NCBI GenBank assembly: GCA_002269645.1
Contig: NIVC01000822.1
Coordinates: 124,001 to 188,000, forward strand
Origin: Macrostomum lignano
Lineage: Eukaryota
Direction of reading: 5' to 3'
Length of the DNA: 64,000 nucleotides
In this document: piece after piece, positions 27,001 to 41,292 of the stretch
Layout: the number at the start of each line of letters is the position of its first letter
Numbering within the stretch: position 1 is the first letter of the stretch
Made by a program: the position numbers and the translations under genes
The notes under the pieces: model-generated
What the model was told of the DNA's origin: nothing
Database searches by the model: none
The model's input: only the letters and a program-made list of their open reading frames with translations

Positions 27001-29904
27001 GAAGCGTCATGTAAACAATCATAGAAGCGTCATGTAAAAATCATAAGCGTCATGTAAAAATCATAGAAGCGTCATGTAAAAATCATAGAAGCGTCATGTA
27101 AACAATCAAAGAAGCGTCATGTAAAAAATCATAGAAGCGTCATGTAAACAATCAAGAAGCGTCATGTAAAAAATCATAGAAGCGTCATGTAAAAATCATA
27201 GAAGCGTCATGTAAAAATCATAGAAGCGTCATGTAAAAATCATAGAAGCGTCATGTAAAAAATCATAGAAGCGTCATGTAAAAATCATAGAAGCGTCATG
27301 TAAACAATCATAGAAGCGTCATGTAAAAAATCATAGAAGCGTCATGTAAAAATCATAGAAGCGTCATGTAAAAATCATAGAAGCGTCATGTAAAAATCAT
27401 AGAAGCGTCATGTAAAAATCATAGAAGCGTCATGTAAAAATCATAGAAGCGTCATGTAAAAAATCATAGAAGCGTCATGTAAAAATCATAGAAGCGTCAT
27501 GTAAACAATCATAGAAGCGTCATGTAAAAAATCATAGAAGCGTCATGTAAAAATCATAGAAGCGTCATGTAAAAATCATAGAAGCGTCATGTAAAAAATC
27601 ATAGAAGCGTCATGTAAAAAATCATAGAAGCGTCATGTAAAAATCATAGAAGCGTCATGTAAACAATCAAGAAGCGTCATGTAAAAATCATAGAAGCGTC
27701 ATGTAAAATCATAGAAGCGTCATGTAAAAAATCATAAGAAGCGTCATGTAAACAATCATAGAAGCGTCATGTAAAATCATAGAAGCGTCATGTAAAAATC
27801 ATAGAAGCGTCATGTAAAAATCATAGAAGCGTCATGTAAAAATCATAGAAGCGTCATGTAAAAATCATAGAAGCGTCATGTAAACAATCATAGAAGCGTC
27901 ATGTAAAAATCATAGAAGCGTCATGTAAAAAACATAGAAGCGTCATGTAAAAATCATAGAAGCGTCATGTAAAAAATCATAGAAGCGTCATGTAAAAATC
28001 ATAGAAGCGTCATGTAAAAATCATAGAAGCGTCATGTAAAAATAAGTAAGAGCGTCATTAAAATCATAGAAGCGTCATGTAAAATAAAAGAAGCGTCATG
28101 TAAACAATCATAGAAGCGTCATGTAAAAAATCATAGAAGCGTCATGTAAAAATCATAGAAGCGTCATGTAAAAAACATAGAAGCGTCATGTAAAATCATA
28201 GAAGCGTCATGTAAAAATCATAAAGAAGCGTCATGTAAACAATCATAGAAGCGTCATGTAAACAATCATAGAAGCGTCATGTAAAAAATCATAGAAGCGT
28301 CATGAAAAAAATCATAGAAGCGTCATGTAAAAAATCATAGAAGCGTCATGTAAAAATCATAGAAGCGTCATGTAAAAATCATAGAAGCGTCATGTAAAAA
28401 TCATAGAAGCGTCATGTAAAAAATCATAGAAGCGTCATGTAAACAATCATAGAAGCGTCATGTAAAAAATCATAGAAGCGTCATGTAAAATCATAGAAGC
28501 GTCATGTAAAAAATCATAGAAGCGTCATGTAAAAATCATAGAAGCGTCATGTAAAAATCAAGAAGCGTCATGTAAACAATCATAGAAGCGTCATGTAAAA
28601 AATCATAGAAGCGTCATGTAAAAAATCATAAAAGCGTCATGTAAAAATCATAGAAGCGTCATGTAAAAATCATAGAAGCGTCATGTAAACAATCATAGAA
28701 GCGTCATGTAACAATCATAGAAGCGTCATGTAAAAATCATAGAAGCGTCATGTAAAAAATCATAGAAGCGTCATGTAAACATAGAAGCGTCATGTAAAAA
28801 TCATAGAAGCGTCATGTAAAAATCAATAGAAGCGTCATGTAAAAATCATAGAAGCGTCATGTAAAAATCAAGAAGCGTCATGTAAAAAACATAGAAGCGT
28901 CATGTAAAAATCATAGAAGCGTCATGTAAACAATCATAGAAGCGTCATGTAAAAATCATAGAAGCGTCATGTAAAAATCATAGAAGCGTCATGTAAAAAT
29001 CATAGAAGCGTCATGTAAAAATCATAGAAGCGTCATGTAAAAATCAAGAAGCGTCATGTAAAAATCATAGAAGCGTCATGTAAAAAATCATAGAAGCGTC
29101 ATGTAAAAATCATAGAAGCGTCATGTAAAAATCATAGAAGCGTCATGTAAACAATCAAGAAGCGTCATGTAAAAAATCATAGAAGCGTCATGTAAAAATC
29201 ATAGAAGCGTCATGTAACAATCATAAAGCGTCATGTAAATCATAGAAGCGTCATGTAAAAATCAAGAAGCGTCATGTAAAAAATCATAGAAGCGTCATGT
29301 AAAAATCATAGAAGCGTCATGTAAAAATCATAGAAGCGTCATGTAAAAATCATAGAAGCGTCATGTAAAAAATCATAGAAGCGTCATGTAAAAATCATAG
29401 AAGCGTCATTAAAAATAGAAGGTCATGTAAAAAATCATAGAAGCGTCATGAAAAATAAAGAAGCGTCATGTAAACAATCATAGAAGCGTCATGTAAAAAT
29501 CATAGAAGCGTCATGTAAAAATCATAGAAGCCTTATATAAAAATAGAAGCGTCATGTAAAAATCATAGAAGCGTCATGTAAAAAAAAGAAGCGTCATGTA
29601 AACAATCATAGAAGCGTCATGTAAAAATCATAGAAGCGTCATGTAAAAATCATAGAAGCGTCATGTAAAATCATAGAAGCGTCATGTAAAAAATCATGAA
29701 GCGTCATGTAAAAATCAAGAAGCGTCATGTAAAAATCATAGAAGCGTCATGTAAAAAATCATAGAAGCGTCATGTAAAAAATCATAGAAGCGTCATGTAA
29801 ACAATCATAGAAGCGTCATGTAAAAATCATAGAAGCGTCATGTAAACAATCATAGAAGCGTCATGTAAAAATCATAGAAGCGTCATGTAAAATCATAGAA
29901 GCGC
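18056..29904 (+). repeat. 23-bp satellite (TCATAGAAGCGTCATGTAAAAAA and variants), left array
   Basis: About 500 monomers by length; period 23 read directly; recurrent variant blocks define higher-order repeats. Confidence 0.98.
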
Positions 29905-30830
29905 NNNNNNNNNNNNNNNNNNNNNNNNNNNNNNNNNNNNNNNNNNNNNNNNNNNNNNNNNNNNNNNNNNNNNNNNNNNNNNNNNNNNNNNNNNNNNNNN
30001 NNNNNNNNNNNNNNNNNNNNNNNNNNNNNNNNNNNNNNNNNNNNNNNNNNNNNNNNNNNNNNNNNNNNNNNNNNNNNNNNNNNNNNNNNNNNNNNNNNNN
30101 NNNNNNNNNNNNNNNNNNNNNNNNNNNNNNNNNNNNNNNNNNNNNNNNNNNNNNNNNNNNNNNNNNNNNNNNNNNNNNNNNNNNNNNNNNNNNNNNNNNN
30201 NNNNNNNNNNNNNNNNNNNNNNNNNNNNNNNNNNNNNNNNNNNNNNNNNNNNNNNNNNNNNNNNNNNNNNNNNNNNNNNNNNNNNNNNNNNNNNNNNNNN
30301 NNNNNNNNNNNNNNNNNNNNNNNNNNNNNNNNNNNNNNNNNNNNNNNNNNNNNNNNNNNNNNNNNNNNNNNNNNNNNNNNNNNNNNNNNNNNNNNNNNNN
30401 NNNNNNNNNNNNNNNNNNNNNNNNNNNNNNNNNNNNNNNNNNNNNNNNNNNNNNNNNNNNNNNNNNNNNNNNNNNNNNNNNNNNNNNNNNNNNNNNNNNN
30501 NNNNNNNNNNNNNNNNNNNNNNNNNNNNNNNNNNNNNNNNNNNNNNNNNNNNNNNNNNNNNNNNNNNNNNNNNNNNNNNNNNNNNNNNNNNNNNNNNNNN
30601 NNNNNNNNNNNNNNNNNNNNNNNNNNNNNNNNNNNNNNNNNNNNNNNNNNNNNNNNNNNNNNNNNNNNNNNNNNNNNNNNNNNNNNNNNNNNNNNNNNNN
30701 NNNNNNNNNNNNNNNNNNNNNNNNNNNNNNNNNNNNNNNNNNNNNNNNNNNNNNNNNNNNNNNNNNNNNNNNNNNNNNNNNNNNNNNNNNNNNNNNNNNN
30801 NNNNNNNNNNNNNNNNNNNNNNNNNNNNNT
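29905..30830. other. Assembly gap (926 N)
   Basis: Run of N. Confidence 1.
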
Positions 30831-33800
30831 TTTACATGAGCTTCTATGATTTTTACACGACGCTTCTATGATTGTTTACATGACGCTTTCTATGATTGTT
30901 TACATGACGCTTCTATGATTTTTACATGACGCTTCTATGATTGTTTCATGACGCTTCTATGATTGTTTATATGACGCTTCTATGATTGTTTACATGACGC
31001 TTCTATGATTGTTTCATGACGCTTCTATGATTTTTACATGACGCTTCTATGATTTTTACATGACGCTTCTATGATTGTTTACATGACGCTTCTATGATTT
31101 TTTACATGAAGCTTCTATGATTTTTTACATGACGCTTCTATGATTTTTATATAACGCTTCTACGATTTTTTACATGTCGCTTCTATGATTGTTTACATGA
31201 TGCTTCTATGATTTTTTGCATGACGCTTCTATGATTGTTTCATGACGCTTCTATGATTTTTACATGACGCTTCTATGATTGTTTATATGACGCTTCTATG
31301 ATTGTTTACATGACGCTTCTATGATTGTTTCATGACGCTTCTATGATTTTTACATGACGCTTCTATGATTTTTACATGACGCTTCTATGATTGTTTACAT
31401 GACGCTTCTATGATTGTTTACATGACGCTTCTATGATTTTTACATGACGCTTCTATGATTTTTACATGACGCTTCTATGATTGTTTACATGACGCTTCAA
31501 GGATTTTTTACATGACGCTTCTACGATTTTGGCAGGACGATTCTATGACTTTACATGACGCTTCTATGATTTTTACATGACGCTTTTATGATTTTTACAT
31601 GGCGCTTCTATGATTGTTTACATGACGCTTCTATGATTTTTACATGACGCTTCTATGATTTTTACATGACGCTTCTATGATTGTTTACATGACGCTTCTA
31701 TGATTGTTTACATGACGCTTCTAGGATTGTTTACATGACGCTTCTATGATTGTTTACATGACGCTTCTAGGATTGTTTACGTGACGCTTCTACGATTGTT
31801 TACATGACGCTTCTATGATTGTTTACATGACGCTTCTATGATTGTTTCATGACGCTTCTATGATTGTTTACATGACGCTTCTACGATTTTGGCAGGACGA
31901 TTCTATGATTTTACATGACGCTTTTATGATTTTTACATGGCGCTTCTATGATTGTTTACATGACGCTTCTATGATTGTTTACATGACGCTTCTAGGATTG
32001 TTTACATGGCGCTTCTATGATTGTTTACATGACGCTTCTAGGATTGTTTACATGACGATTCTAGGATTGTTTACATGACGCTTCTATGATTGTTTACATG
32101 ACGCTTCTATGATTTTTACATGACGCTTCTATGATTGTTTACATGACGCTTCAAGGATTTTTTACATGACGCTTCTACGATTTTGGCAGGACGATTCTAT
32201 GATTTTACATGACGCTTCTACGATTTGTTACATGACGCTTCTATGATTTTTACATGGCGCTTCTATGATTGTTTACATGACGCTTCTAGGATTGTTTACA
32301 TGACGATTCTAGGATTGTTTACATGACGCTTCTATGATTGTTTACATGACGCTTCTATGATTTTTACATGACGCTTCTATGATTGTTTACATGACGCTTC
32401 TATGATTTTTACATGACGCTTCTATGATTTTTACATGACGCTTCTACGATTTTTTACATGACGTTTCGATGATTTTTACACGACGCTTCTATGATTGTTT
32501 CATGACGCTTCTATGATTGTTTACATGACGCTTCTATGATTGTTTACATGACGCTTCTATGATTTTAACATGACGCTTCTATGATTGTTTCATGACGCTT
32601 CTATGATTGTTTACATGACGCTTCTATGATTTTTACATGACGCTTCTATGATTGTTTATATGACGCTTCTATGATTGTTTACATGACGCTTCTATGATTG
32701 TTTCATGACGCTTCTATGATTTTTACATGACGCTTCTATGATTTTTACATGACGCTTCTATGATTGTTTTACATGACGCTTCTATGATTTTTACATGACG
32801 CTTCTATGATTTTTACATGACGCTTCTATGATTTTTACATGACGCTTCTATGATTGTTTACATGACGCTTCTATGATTTTTACATGACGCTTCTATGATT
32901 GTTTACATGACGCTTCTATGATTGTTTACATGACGCTTCTATGATTGTTTCATGACGCTTCTATGATTGTTTACATGACGCTTCTATGATTTTTACATGA
33001 CGCTTCTATGATTGTTTCATGACGCTTCTATGATTTTTACATGACGCTTCTATGATTGTTTCATGACGCTTCTATGATTTTTACATGACGCTTCTATGAT
33101 TTTTACATGACGCTTCTATGATTTTTACATGACGCTTCTATGATTTTTACATGACGCTTCTATGATTGTTTACATGACGCTTCTATGATTTTTACATGAC
33201 GCTTCTATGATTGTTTACATGACGCTTCTATGATTTTTAACATGACGCTTCTATGATTGTTTCATGACGCTTCTATGATTGTTTACATGACGCTTCTATG
33301 ATTTTTACATGACGCTTCTATGATTGTTTATATGACGCTTCTATGATTTTTACATGACGCTTCTATGATTGTTTCATGACGCTTCTATGATTTTTACATG
33401 ACGCTTCTATGATTTTTACATGACGCTTCTATGATTTTTACATGACGCTTCTATGATTTTTACATGACGCTTCTATGATTTTTACATGACGCTTCTATGA
33501 TTTTTACATGACGCTTCTATGATTGTTTACATGACGCTTCTATGATTTTTACATGACGCTTCTATGATTGTTTACATGACGCTTCTATGATTGTTTACAT
33601 GACGCTTCTATGATTGTTTCATGACGCTTCTATGATTGTTTACATGACGCTTCTATGATTTTTACATGACGCTTCTATGATTGTTTCATGACGCTTCTAT
33701 GATTTTTACATGACGCTTCTATGATTGTTTCATGACGCTTCTATGATTGTTTACATGACGCTTCTATGATTTTTACATGACGCTTCTATGATTTTTACAT

Positions 33801-35055
33801 GACGCTTCTATGATTTTTACATGACGCTTCTATGATTTTTTACATGACGCTTCTATGATTTTTACATGACGCTTCTATGATTGTTTACATGACGCTTCTA
33901 TGATTGTTTACATGACGCTTCTATGATTTTTACATGACGCTTCTATGATTGTTTACATGACGCTTCTATGATTGTTTACATGACGCTTCTATGATTGTTT
34001 CATGACGCTTCTATGATTTTTACATGACGCTTCTATGATTGTTTCATGACGCTTCTATGATTGTTTACATGACGCTTCTATGATTGTTTCATGACGCTTC
34101 TATGATTTTTACATGACGCTTCTATGATTGTTTACATGACGCTTCTATGATTTTTACATGACGCTTCTATGATTTTTACATGACGCTTCTATGATTGTTT
34201 ACATGACGCTTCTATGATTGTTTACATGACGCTTCTATGATTGTTTCATGACGCTTCTATGATTGTTTACATGACGCTTCTATGATTGTTTACATGACGC
34301 TTCTATGATTGTTTACATGACGCTTCTATGATTTTTACATGACGCTTCTATGATTGTTTCATGACGCTTCTATGATTGTTTACATGACGCTTCTATGATT
34401 TTTATGATGACGCTTCTATGATTGTTTACATGACGCTTCTATGATTTTTCATGACGCTTCTATGATTTTTACATGACGCTTCTATGATTTTTACATGACG
34501 CTTCTATGATTTTTACATGACGCTTCTATGATTTTTTACTTGATTTTTACGACGCTTCTATGATTGTTTACATGACGCTTCTATGATTGTTTACATGACG
34601 CTTCTATGATTTTTACATGACGCTTCTATGATTTTTCATGACGCTTCTATGACGCTTCTATGATTTTTACATGACGACGCTTCTATGATTGTTTATGACG
34701 CTTCTATGACATGACGCTTCTATGATTGTTTACATGACGCTTCTATGATTGTTTACATGACGCTTCTATGATTGTTTACATGACGCTTCTATGATTTTTT
34801 CTTGACGCTTCTATGATTTTTACATGACGCTTCTATGATTTTTACATGACGCTTCTATGATTTTTACATGACGCTTCTATGATTGACGCTTCTATGATTG
34901 TTTACATGACGCTTCTATGATTTTTACATGACGCTTCTATGATTTTTACATGACGCTTCTATGATTGTTTACAAATGACATGACGCTTCTATGATTTTTA
35001 CATGACGCTTCTATGATTGTTTACGCTTCTATGATTTTTACAGACGCTTCTATGA
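30831..35055 (-). repeat. Same 23-bp satellite in opposite orientation, right array
   Basis: TTTTTACATGACGCTTCTATGA units; private variant TTTTGGCAGGACGATT at about 31529, 31889 and 32182. Confidence 0.97.
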
Positions 35056-35625
35056 ACAACGCTTTAATTAAAAAAATTGTACTCTATGAAAATTCGAACC
35101 ATCGTCTCTGCATTTAGCAGTTCAGTTTGTTCACCTCTAGGCTAGTTCTTATCGTTTTGATAACATCAAATTTTGCACTTATATAATTCAACACTTTAAA
35201 ATCCAAGCAGTTATGACATAATCAATATCCAGTCAGTCAGTATCAGTTAACAATATGGTTACGCAATCTAAATCAAGTCTGGTGCTACGCTTCCACACTG
35301 CATTTTCAATTCAAGTCGGAGTTACAATTCAGTTATGACACAATCTATTTCGGAATCAGAATTCAACCAGTCAGTTTTTTCTCTAGCATTCTTACAATGC
35401 ATTTCAAGTCGAAAAGTTTGCTTGACCTTTGCAAAAAAGCATGTTTTTCGAATATTTAATGCCTTTAGCATCAAGCAATTTCTTAGCCACGATGCATGTA
35501 CAGTCACGGGAAAATTTCTGATCGAACAGTGCAAGTCTCATGAAAATCGGTTAAGCCATTTTTTTCTCTAATCGATTACAAGCAAGCAAGCAAGCAAGCA
35601 AGATTTTCATTTTTAGTATATAGGA
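35056..35625 (-). mobile_element. Helitron family B 5' arm (second, diverged copy) leading into the right satellite array
   Basis: Reverse complement starts TCCTATATACTAAAAATG plus (GCTT)n and aligns by eye with 17443-18050, with many substitutions. tRNA-like cassette at about 35093-35148. Confidence 0.75.
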
Positions 35626-37319
35626 CTAGCCATTTAGCCCCCCTCTGGGGAGCCTTGAAAATGACACCAATTGGTTTTTATTTTGGCACAACAGCAACCT
35701 TACTATAATTATCCAAAATGTTGATTTTCATTAATCAAAAATTACCTTTTCTCCCGTTTGAAAAAATAAGTTGCCATGAATCAGAACTTTCATTAGCCAA
35801 AAAGTTTCCTTCATCAGCCCAAAACCCTTTCTCAATCAGCAAATAGTGCTTATCCGTTCAAGCACAAACTCTTAGTGAATATCGTCACTGGCCGGGGCAT
35901 ATTCTGATCCGCAGCAGGAGCTCAAAATGCAAATCCCTGACGGCCTTAGACCCTCTCTGTTTATTAGCCTAAATCAAAGAATCAAACCTTTAATAAATGC
36001 GCTGGTATTTCCTATTAGCAGAAATCAGCATCACTTGTGTGTACTATTTCATTATCTGAATTACATGTGCTACTTGAGCCGTACTACCCGACTATCTGAC
36101 AATCGCCCAATAACCTAGTAACCCCCCCCCCCAAAATTCAGCCATCGTCCATGAGCCTTGACATATCAGCTATTCCCCAGTAAGCCTTGGCATATCAGCA
36201 ATTCCCCCAGTAAGCCTTGAGATCTCAGCAATTGCCCCAGTAAGCCTTGACATATCAGAAATTCCCCCAGTAGCAATTCCCTTAGTAAGCCTTGAGATCT
36301 CAGAAATTCCCCCGATAAGCTCTGAGATCTCAGCAATTGCTCCCGGTAAGCCTCGACATCTCAGCAATTCCCCCAGTAAGCCTTGACATCTCAGCAGTTA
36401 TCCTATTAAGCCTCGACATCACAGCAATTAAACTCGAGCCTTGACATCACGCAATTCTCCCAGCGCAGTAAGCCTTGACATACCAACAACCCAACTCCCT
36501 TTTCCCAAGAATTCAGCAATACCCTTATAAGCCTTGATAACTCAGCAATTTCTTTATGACCTTTGTCAACAGAGCGATTCCACAATGAACTTTGATTATA
36601 TCTAAACAAGTCTTTAATTAATGGTCACCCTAACCCATAAGCGAGTCTTGGCGTGTTGGCAATTTCCACCATAAGCCTTGAGCCTCAGCATTAAAGTAAC
36701 TTCCTCATAAATAAGCTTTGTAATCAGAATTTCACCGAAAGCCTTGACCTGTCAGCAATTCCCGTAGTAGAGCCAAAGCATTTAAGTTTTCCCCCAAGAG
36801 CATTTAATCTTAGCAACTCCTCGATGGATAATTAATGATTGTCACGACAATCGCTCTATAATTGAACCAAAACCATAACCCTTGTAGTAGAATTTCAGCA
36901 ATTCCCCAATGAGCTTTGGAAATGTTAGCAATTTCCCCATGAGCCTGAAAATTGAGTGACTAACCTTTTGATATCTTGGCACTTGCATTTCAACAATTTA
37001 TTTCTTCAATTTCACAAATTAAACTTGAAATCAAAGCAATCCTCCGCAGAATGACATAATTATAGCAATTCCCCCTGAGCCTTGAGATCTTATAAATTCT
37101 ACCGTGAGTCTTGATATCACAGCAATTTCCCATACCAGCATTATGCTCGTAGCAATAGTCTTAGCAGTCTTAACAGTCTAAGCAATTCCCGATGAGACTT
37201 TTACGTTCGACAGGGCGCTTCATTTATGATTGATATGATGATTCTTGTTCGCTTTTTCTTGCGTTGCGTTTTCTTCTCTTTAAAAGTTTTTATTAAAAAA
37301 ATTACAATATTTTACCATA

Positions 37320-37865
37320 GCTTTCCGCAGTTTAGCAATGGTTCACCAGAATTTCAGCAATGGTTCACCAGCATTTCAGCAATTCTTCACCAGAAGTTTA
37401 GCAATGGTTCACCAGCATTTCAGCAATTCTTCACCAGCAGCTTAGCAATGCTTCACCAGAAGTTTAGCAATGCTTCACCAGCAGTTTGCATTAGCTATGG
37501 TTCACCAGCATTTCAGCAATGGTTCACCAGCAGTTGAGCAATGCTTCACCAGCAGTTTAGCAATAGTTCACCAGAATTTCAGCAATGGTTCACCAGCAGT
37601 TTAGCAATGCTTCACCAGCATTTCAGCAATGGTTCACCAGCATTTCAGCAATGATTTACCAGCATTTCAGCAATGGTTCACCAGCAGTTTAGCAATGCTT
37701 CACCAGCAGTTTGCATTAGCTATGGTTCACCAGCATTTCAGCAATGCTTCACCAGTAGTTTAACAATGCTTCACCAGCAGTTTAGCAATGGTTCACCAGC
37801 AGTTTAGCACTGCTTCACCAGCAGTTTAAAAATGCTTCACGAGCAGTTTAGCAATGATTCACCAG
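37320..37865. repeat. 22-bp minisatellite (CACCAGCAGTTTAGCAATGCTT / CACCAGCATTTCAGCAATGGTT)
   Basis: Tandem units read directly. Confidence 0.9.
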
Positions 37866-39062
37866 CACTGTTTTGCACAATCAGTGAGCAGATGGCCACT
37901 AATCTTTGCTTATTGCCATATTGCTTCTGGATAATCGAAACCATATGAAATGTTTTGTCAACTTGCAGGTTAAAGTTGATATGTAATCCCCTTACATATT
38001 TATTATTTTATTTTATATATCAGATTAGCACTGCTCTCCCCGATTAGCGCTGCTCGTAAAGCTTAGCGTAGCCCCAGCAAAAGTATCTACAAAATGAAAA
38101 TGCTAAAAATTTGCATGAATCCTCATAGGAAACAATGATTATTGTCACAAAGATAAATTCGCTGCTTCATTACAGACTCGAGCTGCCGACCTTCTGCTAA
38201 AAGCCTTATACTATTCAAGAAGTTTAGTAACTTCGGCAGTTACTAAAACTTCTAATTCAAGATTCAAGATTCAAACTAAATTCAAGAAGTTTAGTAACTT
38301 CGGCAGTTTAAAGTTAACCCCCCCCCAGAAATCGGCAGTTATCTCTACAACATCCTGAAATTAGCTATCACTTCTAATCCCACATACAGACTGCAGTCAT
38401 ACTCTTAGCAGCCTGCAGATATCCACTGTGCCGTCTACAACTTTCATTAACATCAGCAAACTACAATACTTCACTCAGCAGTCCGCAGTTATCCACTCAA
38501 CAACTTGCACTTAATTCTTCACAGCTATTATCCACTTTAAACTCTGTAGATAGTTATCCCCTCAACAGTTTGCTGCTATGCACTCATAAGTGTGGAGGAA
38601 CTACCTCAGCAGTTTGTTCCATTTTCCCTTTGCAGTCTGCATGAATGATCCCTTTGACAATCTGCAGTTCCCCTCAGCATCTTCTGTTTTCCTTTCCAAT
38701 AATCTTCCACTCTTCCAATAATCTAAAAATGTGCTCAGCATTTTACGGCTCACTAAACAATTTTCAGTACATATCGGCATTCTTAAAAAGCTCAAAATTT
38801 AGCAATACCTTTAAGCAATTTTAACAGCATGGTCTGCAGTTTAATAGCAATTTCATACTTTCATGGTGCGAGGCAGTACTCGTTGATGGGATCAGTAATA
38901 CACGAAGCAGTTTTTTAAAATCAAATTTGATAAGTGGCTTGTGCCAAGTAGCAAAAATTATTTGCTAATTAATAAAAATGGTGCAATTAAAATTAATAAA
39001 AAATATGTTATATTTAATCGAGTCACAAGCCACAAATGAATGAATTTACTTATTTTAATTAT

Positions 39063-39143
39063 CCACCGGGGAGGCGGACTCGAACCTTGGACCTTACGCC
39101 TAGCCTAAACCTAGTCCTAGTGCCTACACTGCGGCTATTCCGC
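39063..39143 (-). ncRNA. tRNA-derived SINE-like head (Pol III A and B boxes)
   Basis: Minus strand reads GCGGAATAGCCGCAGTGT...GGTTCGAGTCC; second copy at about 47609-47689. Confidence 0.6.
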
Positions 39144-40840
39144 CTACTGATGGAAGGGCGCAAAAATCAGACATATATGCTTCGGCACTGCAGTCAAATA
39201 CATAGCAGTAATAGCCTGCTCAGTGTGCACAGTTTTGGTGCTGGTGCTGGCAGAGCCATTGCACAGTTAAGTAAATCTCTCAATTTCAATACTTTTAAAA
39301 TGCAGTGCCTGATTTCTCTCTCCCTCCAGAGTGCCTGCGCAATGCTTGGCACACTGCCTCCTGCTGAAAAGCTCAGAGTCAGTTTATAGCGAGATTACGC
39401 AGTACGCAGTTGTGGCGCAATCATTTAGAATTGGAATTCAGCCAGTCAAGAATTCAACGCTGCTTGGCCTTCCATTAAAAGCATTTAGATAAACTTGTTT
39501 TTCGAATATTTAATACCTTTAGCATTGAAGCAGATTAAAGAAATTTTAGCTGTCCTCTTTCCAGATAATTAAAAAACTTTTGGCGAAAACGCGATCAAAA
39601 TTGGTCAAGAATTGCAGTCTGTAGAGCGTTACGAAAAACAGATCTTTGACGCTTAAAGAGCTCGCTGCTAGCCTCCAGAATAATTTTATTTTTGACCCCT
39701 GGTATGGTTGCGCAATTTAAATAGAGTAATTATCTGGGCAGTGGGGCCCATGAGTTTTCTGATCAGTTCGCTCTGGCGCAATCATTAAAATTGGCTGTGA
39801 AATTTTTCGCTGATAAAATTTGTATTGAAAAAGCCCATTTAAAACAGTTTTTCGAATATTTAATCCCTTAAGCATTGAAGCAGATACAAGAAATTTTAAC
39901 CATACAATCCCAGGCTGATTACGAATCTTTTGGCGAAAACGCGATCAAAATCGGTGAAGAATTGCAATCTCTAGAGCGTTATGGACAAGCAAGCATTCAA
40001 ACATACAAAGCTTAGAGATTTAGTATATTTAGATAGAAGATAGATTAGATAGACAAGCAAGCATTCAAACATACAAACCTTAGAGATTTAGTATATTTAG
40101 ATTTTTACATACACATTGGTTAATGACAACTTGTATTGAATTTAATTTGCGCCGAAAATTGTTGTTTTTATATTAATGCCCTACCATAACCATACATACA
40201 GAATAAACTGCATGACGCGTACTAAAACGAACACTATTTTGTACTGCAGTGGTCCTTGAAACAGATTTTATGAAAAATTATAATGGCGAAAACAAATAGA
40301 TGTCTTTGTCTTTGTCTTGATTTTTCAACAGTCTGGCAAAGGTTTATGGTATAAGAACATAATTTTTAAGATACGGGCTTTAACAGTATAATATTTAGAT
40401 AATAAAATAATAAAGAATACTAAAAAGAGCAAGTTTTAAATCTCTCATGCAATACGATGCATTGAAACTTCTTATTAATTCAAAAAGATAAATAAACCAA
40501 TAAGAACCGCTGAGTGTAGGGGAAAGAATAAAATGAAAGTTAGGGCTGTATAGTTTTAAACAAGTACAGCAATTCATTGATTAAACAATTTAATAGTTAA
40601 ACAATATTCAAGCAGCCACTATAATATTTTAATATTATGTTAGTCATATAACAGTAAATCTCACTTTCTCAACGAATTTTGCGTTCGTTTCTCCTTCTCG
40701 CTCAGATTTTTAGTTTGGCTCTCTTTCGTTTGCACTTTCGCTTTGTCTTGGTTGTCCCTATTGTTGTCGCTTCTCAGCCAGTTCAAGAACTCTTTTTCTC
40801 AGCTTTGCAATAATCATTTACTCTGCTTTCGCTGTGAATC

Positions 40841-41292
40841 CAGGGCGTCGCCAACAGAGGGTACATCTTTCCCTTGTAAAAGCTATACGGCCTCACCACC
40901 CAACCGTGTGACCCAATATTGAAATCAATAATATTCCTTCGGCGAAAAATATAGTGCCTGGAATTCTGCTGCATTAATAATAAAACTAAGTACGTGTAAG
41001 ACCAAAATGTGTTTCTGTGGCGCTACAAGTAGTGCCTGCGCCTAAATGAGTGCCTGTAGCGCTAATTAAAATGAGTGCCTGTGGCGCTAAAATGAGTGAC
41101 TGCGGCGCTAGAAAGAATTTCTGCCTGCGGCGCCAAAATGAGTGCCTGCGGTGCCAAAATGAGTGTGCCAAAGTTTGCGGTGCCAAAATGCGATACAAAA
41201 TGAGTGTCTGAGGCGCCAAAATGAGTGTCTGCGGTGCCAAAATGAGTGCCTGCGGCGCCAAAATGAGTGTCTGCCTGCGGTGCCATAATGAG
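40841..41292 (+). repeat. CAGGGCGTCGCC-type element with 21-bp minisatellite AAAATGAGTGCCTGCGGCGCC
   Basis: About 12 degenerate units at 41030-41292, abutting the Gypsy integrase fragment. Confidence 0.7.

Larger units (their letters stand above)
35626..40101 (-). mobile_element. Composite non-autonomous Helitron family C (~4.4 kb)
   Basis: Two tandem 5' ends (TC at 40101 and 40033). TTCGAAAAAC core duplicated (~39490-39650 and ~39845-39990). tRNA-like head at 39063-39143, minisatellites, imperfect hairpin 35637-35653 and CTAG at 35629-35626. Continuity of the whole span is inferred. Confidence 0.55.

Noticed and set aside
1-29904. Common origin of the two satellites through the shared CATGT..TAAA core
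   Set aside because: Match too short in AT-rich monomers.
18056-35055. CRISPR-like array
   Set aside because: No unique spacers; eukaryotic tandem satellite.
41267-41292. ATG 41267 as integrase start
   Set aside because: Lies in the 21-bp minisatellite; pol is 5'-truncated.
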